This document shows positions 58,683 to 64,000 of a stretch of 64,000 nucleotides of DNA, piece after piece. Source of the DNA: Alphaproteobacteria bacterium (GTDB lineage: Bacteria > Pseudomonadota > Alphaproteobacteria > UBA828); the NCBI GenBank assembly GCA_965214705.1, contig OZ243972.1, forward strand, positions 2,592,001 to 2,656,000, read 5' to 3'. Position 1 is the first letter of the stretch, and every line of letters starts with the position of its first letter. Made by a program: the position numbers and the translations under genes. The notes under the pieces are model-generated. The model was not told the origin of the DNA and did no database searches. It saw only the letters and a list, made by a program, of their open reading frames with translations.

Positions 58683-59882
58683 ATGACGCGGGCCTATATC
58701 GTCGGCACCCTCGACACCAAGGGCGCGGAGCTGCTCTACGTCCGCGATCTGCTCGCGGCGGATGGCGTGCAGGCCTGCGTCGTGGACGTGGGCACCGGCG
58801 GCAGCGCGCGGCCGGCCGGCGTGGACGTGAGCGCGGCCGAGGTCGCGGCCCATCATCCGGACGGCGCCGATGCGGTGCTGAGCTTGGACGACCGCGGCCA
58901 GGCGGTCACCGCCATGGGCGAGGCGCTGGCGCGCTTCCTGCCCACGCGCGATGACATCGGCGGGGTGATCGGGGCAGGGGGCTCCGGCAACACCGCGCTG
59001 GTTTCCATCGGGATGCAGGCGCTCCCCATCGGGGTGCCGCGGGTGGTGGTCTCCACCGTCGCGTCGGGCAACGTCGCGCCCTACGTCGGACCCAACGACA
59101 TCACCATGATGTACTCGGTGGTGGACATCGCCGGGCTCAACCGAATTTCGCGGGTGGTGCTCGCCAACGCGGCCCACGCGCTCGCCGGCATGATGCGGGG
59201 GGAGGCGCCGGCGGCCGAGGACAAGCCCGCCATCGGGCTCACCATGTTCGGCGTCACTACGCCCTGCGTGGATCAGGTCCGCACGGCGCTCGAGGGGCGC
59301 TACGACTGCCTGGTCTTCCACGCGACCGGGACCGGCGGACGCTCAATGGAGAAGCTGGTCGATTCGGGCCTGGTGCTGGGCTGCATCGACAGCACCACGA
59401 CCGAGGTCTGCGACCACCTCATGGGCGGCGTCTTCAGCGCGGGCGGGGACCGGCTCGGCGCCTTCGCGCGGACCGGCCTGCCCTACGTGGGCTCGTGCGG
59501 GGCGCTCGACATGGTGAACTTCGGTGCGCGTGAGACCGTGCCGGCGCAGTACGAAGGCCGCACCTTCCACATCCACAATCCCAACGTGACGCTCATGCGG
59601 ACGACGCCCGACGAAAACCGAGCCATGGGCGAATGGATCGGCGCCAGGCTCAACGCCTGTGAGGGGCCGGTGCGATTCCTGATCCCGGAGCAGGGGGTTT
59701 CGCTGATCGACGCACCGGGGATGCCGTTCCACGACCCCGACGCCGACGCGGCGCTCTTCGAGGCGCTGGAGCGGACGGTCGAGCAGACCGACGCGCGGCG
59801 CCTGATCCGCCTGCCGCTCCACATCAACGACGACGATTTCGCCCGGGCTCTGGTCGAGTGCTGGAACGAGATCGCCGCCTGA
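58683..59882 (+). CDS. Tm-1-like ATP-binding protein (UPF0261)
   Basis: GTLDTK, GGSGNT, DIAGLN, MFGVTTP, FHATG-x-GG-x-x-ME, GALDMVNF. Confidence 0.9.
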   Translation: MTRAYIVGTLDTKGAELLYVRDLLAADGVQACVVDVGTGGSARPAGVDVSAAEVAAHHPDGADAVLSLDDRGQAVTAMGEALARFLPTRDDIGGVIGAGGSGNTALVSIGMQALPIGVPRVVVSTVASGNVAPYVGPNDITMMYSVVDIAGLNRISRVVLANAAHALAGMMRGEAPAAEDKPAIGLTMFGVTTPCVDQVRTALEGRYDCLVFHATGTGGRSMEKLVDSGLVLGCIDSTTTEVCDHLMGGVFSAGGDRLGAFARTGLPYVGSCGALDMVNFGARETVPAQYEGRTFHIHNPNVTLMRTTPDENRAMGEWIGARLNACEGPVRFLIPEQGVSLIDAPGMPFHDPDADAALFEALERTVEQTDARRLIRLPLHINDDDFARALVECWNEIAA

Positions 59883-59904
59883 GCCGGACACAGGGAGGCC
59901 GACA

Positions 59905-60735
59905 GTGCCGGGCATGGATCGCCGCACGCTGCTGGACAAGTTTCACGGCATGGTTGCCCGCCGCGAGCCGATCATCGGCGGCGGTGCGGGCACCGGGCTC
60001 TCGGCCAAGTGCGAGGAGGCGGGCGGTATCGACCTCATCGTGATCTACAACTCGGGCCGCTACCGCATGGCGGGCCGGGGCTCGCTCGCGGGCCTGCTCG
60101 CCTACGGCAACGCCAACGAGATCGTGAAGGAGATGGCGAGCGAAGTGATCCCCGTGGTCAGCCGCACGCCGGTGCTGGCCGGGGTGAACGGCACCGACCC
60201 CTTCATGGTGCTCGACCGCTTCCTGGACGAGCTCAAGGCGCTGGGGTTCGCGGGCGTGCAGAACTTCCCGACCGTGGGGCTGATCGACGGCGTCTTCCGC
60301 GCCAACCTGGAAGAGACCGGCATGGGCTACGGCCTGGAGGTTGACATGATCCGCGCGGCCCACGAGGCCGACCTGCTCACAACGCCCTACGTCTTCTCGG
60401 AGGACGACGCGGTCGCCATGGCGGACGCCGGCGCCGACATCATCGTCTGCCACATGGGGCTCACCACCAGCGGCACCATCGGCGCGCAGACCGCGAAGTC
60501 GCTGGAAGAGTGCGTGGCGTTGATCGACGCGTGGGCGCTCGCGGCCAAGGCTGTGCGGGAGGACGTGATCGTGCTCTGCCACGGCGGCCCCATCGCCTCG
60601 CCCGAGGACGCCACGCATGTGCTGCAGAACGCGGAGCATGTCCACGGCTTCTACGGTGCGAGCAGCATGGAGCGCCTGCCCACCGAGGTCGCCATGACCG
60701 CGCAGACCAAGGCCTTCAAGGACATCAGCTTCTGA
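59905..60735 (+). CDS. phosphoenolpyruvate hydrolase-like TIM-barrel protein
   Basis: [40 protein letters not shown]. Confidence 0.9.
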   Translation: MPGMDRRTLLDKFHGMVARREPIIGGGAGTGLSAKCEEAGGIDLIVIYNSGRYRMAGRGSLAGLLAYGNANEIVKEMASEVIPVVSRTPVLAGVNGTDPFMVLDRFLDELKALGFAGVQNFPTVGLIDGVFRANLEETGMGYGLEVDMIRAAHEADLLTTPYVFSEDDAVAMADAGADIIVCHMGLTTSGTIGAQTAKSLEECVALIDAWALAAKAVREDVIVLCHGGPIASPEDATHVLQNAEHVHGFYGASSMERLPTEVAMTAQTKAFKDISF

Positions 60736-60747
60736 GGCGCGGCGGCC

Positions 60748-61437
60748 TTACACGCCCAGGTATCTGTCCGTCAGTGCGGGTGTGAGGTCGGCGCTGGCGC
60801 CGGACCAGCAGGTCGCGCCTTTCTCCAGGATGACGCAGCGCTCGGCGACGGCCGTGAGTTCCTTGAGCGACTTGTCGACGACGAGGATGGAGAGACCGGC
60901 CTCTTTGAGGCGGGCAATCACCGACCAGATTTCCCGGCGGATGAGCGGCCCGAGCCCCTCCGTCGCCTCGTCCAGGATCAGCAGCCGGGGGTTGGTCATC
61001 AGCGCCCGGCCGATGGCGAGCATCTGTTGCTCGCCGCCGGAGAGCGTGTTGGCCTTCTGATTGCGGCGCTCCGCGAGCTGGGGGAAGAGCGCGATCACCC
61101 GCTCCTCGTTCCAGTGGCCGGGCCGGGCGGCAGCCGTGAGGTTCTCGCGCACCGTCAGCGTCGGGAAGCAGCGCCGGCCCTCCGGCACCAGCCCGAGGCC
61201 GAGCCAGGCCGCCCGGTGCGAGGGCAGGCGCGCGAGGTCGCGGCCGGCGAAGGCGATGCGGCCCTCGCGGTGCGGCATCATGCGGCAGATCGTGCGGATG
61301 GTCGTCGTCTTGCCCATGCCGTTGCGGCCCATGAGCGCAACGACCTCGCCTTCGCCGACGGCGAGGTCGACGCCGAAGAGCGCCTGCGAGGTGCCGTAGA
61401 AGGCGGTGACGCCCGCGACCTCAAGCAGCGCCGTCAT
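60748..61437 (-). CDS. LivF-type ABC ATPase
   Basis: GRNGMGKTT, VPEGRR, LSGGEQQML, LDEATEGL. Confidence 0.92.
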   Translation of the reverse strand: MTALLEVAGVTAFYGTSQALFGVDLAVGEGEVVALMGRNGMGKTTTIRTICRMMPHREGRIAFAGRDLARLPSHRAAWLGLGLVPEGRRCFPTLTVRENLTAAARPGHWNEERVIALFPQLAERRNQKANTLSGGEQQMLAIGRALMTNPRLLILDEATEGLGPLIRREIWSVIARLKEAGLSILVVDKSLKELTAVAERCVILEKGATCWSGASADLTPALTDRYLGV

Positions 61438-62185
61438 GCCCTTCGTCCCCGAGGTAGGCGCGCTGCACCTCCTCGTTGGCGCGTATCTCCTCCGGCGTGC
61501 CGCTTGCGATGATCCGGCCGTAGACGATGACGGAGATACGGTCCGCAAGGGCGAAGACCGCATCCATGTCGTGCTCGACCAGCAGGATCGGGGCCTCCGC
61601 CCGCAGGTCATCGAGAATCTCGATCAGCTTCGCCGTGTTTTCCGGCCCCATGCCCGCCATGGGCTCGTCCAGCAGGAACGCCTTGGGCTTGAGCGCGAGC
61701 GCGATGGCGATCTCCAGCGCCCTTCGCTCGCCGTGCGACATGTCGCCTGCGCGAACGTCAGCCCTGTCGTCCAGCAGGAGGCGTTCGAGATGGGCCATCG
61801 CCTGCGTCATCAGTGGCTTGTCCTTGAGCGCCGGCTTGAGGAAGCGGAAGGTCTTCCGTTCCACCGATTGGACCGCCAGCATGACGTTCTGCAGCCCCGA
61901 GAACTCCGGCGCGACGGAGGACACCTGAAACGTCCGCGCCAGCCCAAGCTGGGCGCGCGCCACCATGTCCAGCCGGTCGATGTCGCGGCCGGCGAAGCGG
62001 ATCGAGCCGCTGTCCTGCCTGATCTCGCCCGCGATCTGCTTGATGACGGTGGACTTGCCGGCACCGTTCGGCCCGATCAGCGCATGAATCTCGCCGGGCA
62101 CGAGGTCGAGCGTCACCGCGTCGCTCGCGACCACCGCGCCGAAGCGCTTCGACAGCTTCTCGGTCTGGAGGATCGGCTCAGGCAT
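61421..62185 (-). CDS. LivG-type ABC ATPase
   Basis: GPNGAGKST, RTFQ, LDEPMAG, VEHDM, RAYLG. Confidence 0.92.
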   Translation of the reverse strand: MPEPILQTEKLSKRFGAVVASDAVTLDLVPGEIHALIGPNGAGKSTVIKQIAGEIRQDSGSIRFAGRDIDRLDMVARAQLGLARTFQVSSVAPEFSGLQNVMLAVQSVERKTFRFLKPALKDKPLMTQAMAHLERLLLDDRADVRAGDMSHGERRALEIAIALALKPKAFLLDEPMAGMGPENTAKLIEILDDLRAEAPILLVEHDMDAVFALADRISVIVYGRIIASGTPEEIRANEEVQRAYLGDEGHDGAA

Positions 62186-63161
62186 GGCGGGGTTGGCCCG
62201 CCAGAATGCCGATGACGCCGCCGCGGGCGAACAGCACCAGCGCCACCAGCAGCGCGCCGAGTAGGAGAAGCCAGTGCTCGCTCACGTCGCCCAGGGTGTT
62301 TTCCAGCACGATGTAGAGCGCGGCGCCGGCGGTGGGGCCGAACAGCCGTCTCGTACCGCCCAGGATCACGAACACCATGATCTCGCCCGAGGTGTGCCAC
62401 GACAGCATCGACGGGCTGACGAAGCGGTTGAGGTCGGCGTAGAGCGCGCCCGCGAGCCCCGCCATCATGCCCGAGATCACGAAGGCGGTGAGCTTCACGC
62501 GGAAGGGACTGATGCCGACGGTCGCCAGCCGCTGCGCGTTCTGCCGCGCGCCGCCCAGCGCGAGCCCAAAGCGCGATCGCGAGAGCAGGAAGGAGAAGCC
62601 GATCGCAAGGATGAGGAGGACGTAGCAGATGGCGAAGAAGTGGAGCGGGTTGAGCGTGTTGAGGCCGGGGAATTCGTTCCTGATGTAGATCGAGAGCCCG
62701 TCCTCGCCGCCGTAGGCCGGCCACGAGATGGCGAAGTAGTAGACCATCTGGGCGAAGGCCAGCGTGATCATGATGAAGAAGACGCCGGTGGTGCGCAGGG
62801 AGAGCGCGCCGATCACCAGCGCCGCAATGCCGCTGACGACGATGGCGACGGGCCAGATGATCAGCATCTGCGTCGTGCCTTCGATCAGCAGCGGCGCGGT
62901 GAAGAGCGGCTCGTAGTTGAGGGCGTGGCTCGCGAGGATGCCGGCTGCGTAGCCGCCGAGCCCGAAGAACGCCGCGTGGCCGAGCGAGACCACGCCGCCG
63001 TAGCCGAGGGCGATGTTGAGGCCGGTGCCGGCAAGCCCGAGGATCGCCACCTTGGTCGCGAGCGTGATGACGAAAGGCTCGTCGAAGGCGTTGCCGAGCA
63101 GCGGCGCGGCAAGCAGGCCCACCGCGATTAGGAGACTGATGGCCGCCTCGCGGGTCATCAT
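62178..63161 (-). CDS. LivM-type ABC permease
   Basis: SLGHAAFFGLG, MITLAF, GGEDG, VILGG. Confidence 0.9.
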   Translation of the reverse strand: MMTREAAISLLIAVGLLAAPLLGNAFDEPFVITLATKVAILGLAGTGLNIALGYGGVVSLGHAAFFGLGGYAAGILASHALNYEPLFTAPLLIEGTTQMLIIWPVAIVVSGIAALVIGALSLRTTGVFFIMITLAFAQMVYYFAISWPAYGGEDGLSIYIRNEFPGLNTLNPLHFFAICYVLLILAIGFSFLLSRSRFGLALGGARQNAQRLATVGISPFRVKLTAFVISGMMAGLAGALYADLNRFVSPSMLSWHTSGEIMVFVILGGTRRLFGPTAGAALYIVLENTLGDVSEHWLLLLGALLVALVLFARGGVIGILAGQPRHA

Positions 63162-64000
63162 CAGTGCGCCCTGGTGCCGAACAGGCCGGTCGGGCGCAGG
63201 AACAGCACCAGCGCCATCAGGATGTAGATGAGCATGGAGGCCAATGCTGAGCCGACGTTGTTGGCAGTGGAGGAGTCCATGAACGTGTCGAACGCGACGG
63301 GGAGCAGGAAGCGCCCGAGCGTGTCGGCGAGGCCCACCAGGATTGCGCTTACCAGCGCGCCGACGATGGAGCCGAGCCCGCCGATGATGATGACGACGAA
63401 GGCGAGAATCAGCACCGGCTCGCCCATGCCCACCTGCACCGACTGGATGGTGCCCACCAGCGCGCCTGCGAGGCCGGCCAGCGCCGCGCCGATGGCGAAC
63501 ACGGTGGTGTAGAGCTTGCGGATGTCGACACCGAGGGCGGCGATCATCTCCCGGTCGGATTCGCCGGCCCGGATGCGGATGCCGAGGCGCGTGCGTGCGA
63601 TCAGGAGAAAGAGTCCGCCTGCGATCACGAGTCCGATCAGGATGATCGCGAAGCGGAAGAGGGGGTAGTCGATGCCGCCGGGAAGCGCCACCGGCCCCGA
63701 CAGGAAGTCGGGCACGGTGAGGTAGAGCGGAAAGGAGCCGAATACCCAGCGGGTGCCCTCGGAGAAGACAAGGATCAGCGCGAAGGTCGCGAGCACCTGA
63801 TCGAGATGGTCGCGACGGTAGAGCCGGCGGATGACGGCGACCTCGACGAGGGCGCCTGCGGCGGCGGCGGCCGCGAGGCTCGCCGCAAGCCCCACCCAGT
63901 AGGAGCCGGTCGCGGCAGCCACGGCGGCGCAGGCGAAGGCGCCAATCATGTAGAACGAGCCGTGGGCGAGGTTGATGAGGCCCATGACGCCAAAGATGAG
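63161..64000 (-). CDS. LivH-type ABC permease, 5' end lies beyond the window
   Basis: INLAHG, TRLG..IRA, GGLGS, RPTGLFG. Confidence 0.9.
   Translation of the reverse strand, partial: LIFGVMGLINLAHGSFYMIGAFACAAVAAATGSYWVGLAASLAAAAAAGALVEVAVIRRLYRRDHLDQVLATFALILVFSEGTRWVFGSFPLYLTVPDFLSGPVALPGGIDYPLFRFAIILIGLVIAGGLFLLIARTRLGIRIRAGESDREMIAALGVDIRKLYTTVFAIGAALAGLAGALVGTIQSVQVGMGEPVLILAFVVIIIGGLGSIVGALVSAILVGLADTLGRFLLPVAFDTFMDSSTANNVGSALASMLIYILMALVLFLRPTGLFGTRAH

Overview
High-GC proteobacterial window. The left end (1-6 kb) is an iron cluster (di-heme DUF1111-type protein, imelysin, DUF1513, bfd, bfr) plus tRNA-Lys(CTT), tRNA-Asn(GTT) and a nitroreductase. The right end (54.7-64 kb) holds a redoxin/cytochrome c/Cu-monooxygenase-like fusion with its TetR, an omega-aminotransferase, a Tm-1-like/PEP-hydrolase-like pair and a Liv-type ABC transporter. 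The middle (~6-54 kb) is a decaying accessory region with two nitrogen-compound catabolic clusters: (i) two TMADH-family paralogs with altered active sites around a sugar-type ABC transporter, an SDR and a PhyH dioxygenase; (ii) a BiuH-like hydrolase, an Rbs-type ABC transporter, GntR and a truncated oxoprolinase. Mobile DNA is dense. A ~1.9-kb group II intron has been expanded to 15.2 kb by five nested insertions: IS5, an intact second group II intron, a 4.4-kb four-gene DDE transposon with an ExeA-type ATPase and a RepA/RecA-like helicase, a RIT element with 86-bp IRs and a 32-bp junction palindrome, and IS1634. An IS66 carries group II intron sequence at the same position inside both terminal repeats. 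An IS1111-type IS110 has a 3' non-coding region with visible guide matches to its target, which is another IS110 gene. All assignments come from manual motif reading and recalled family knowledge; no searches were run.
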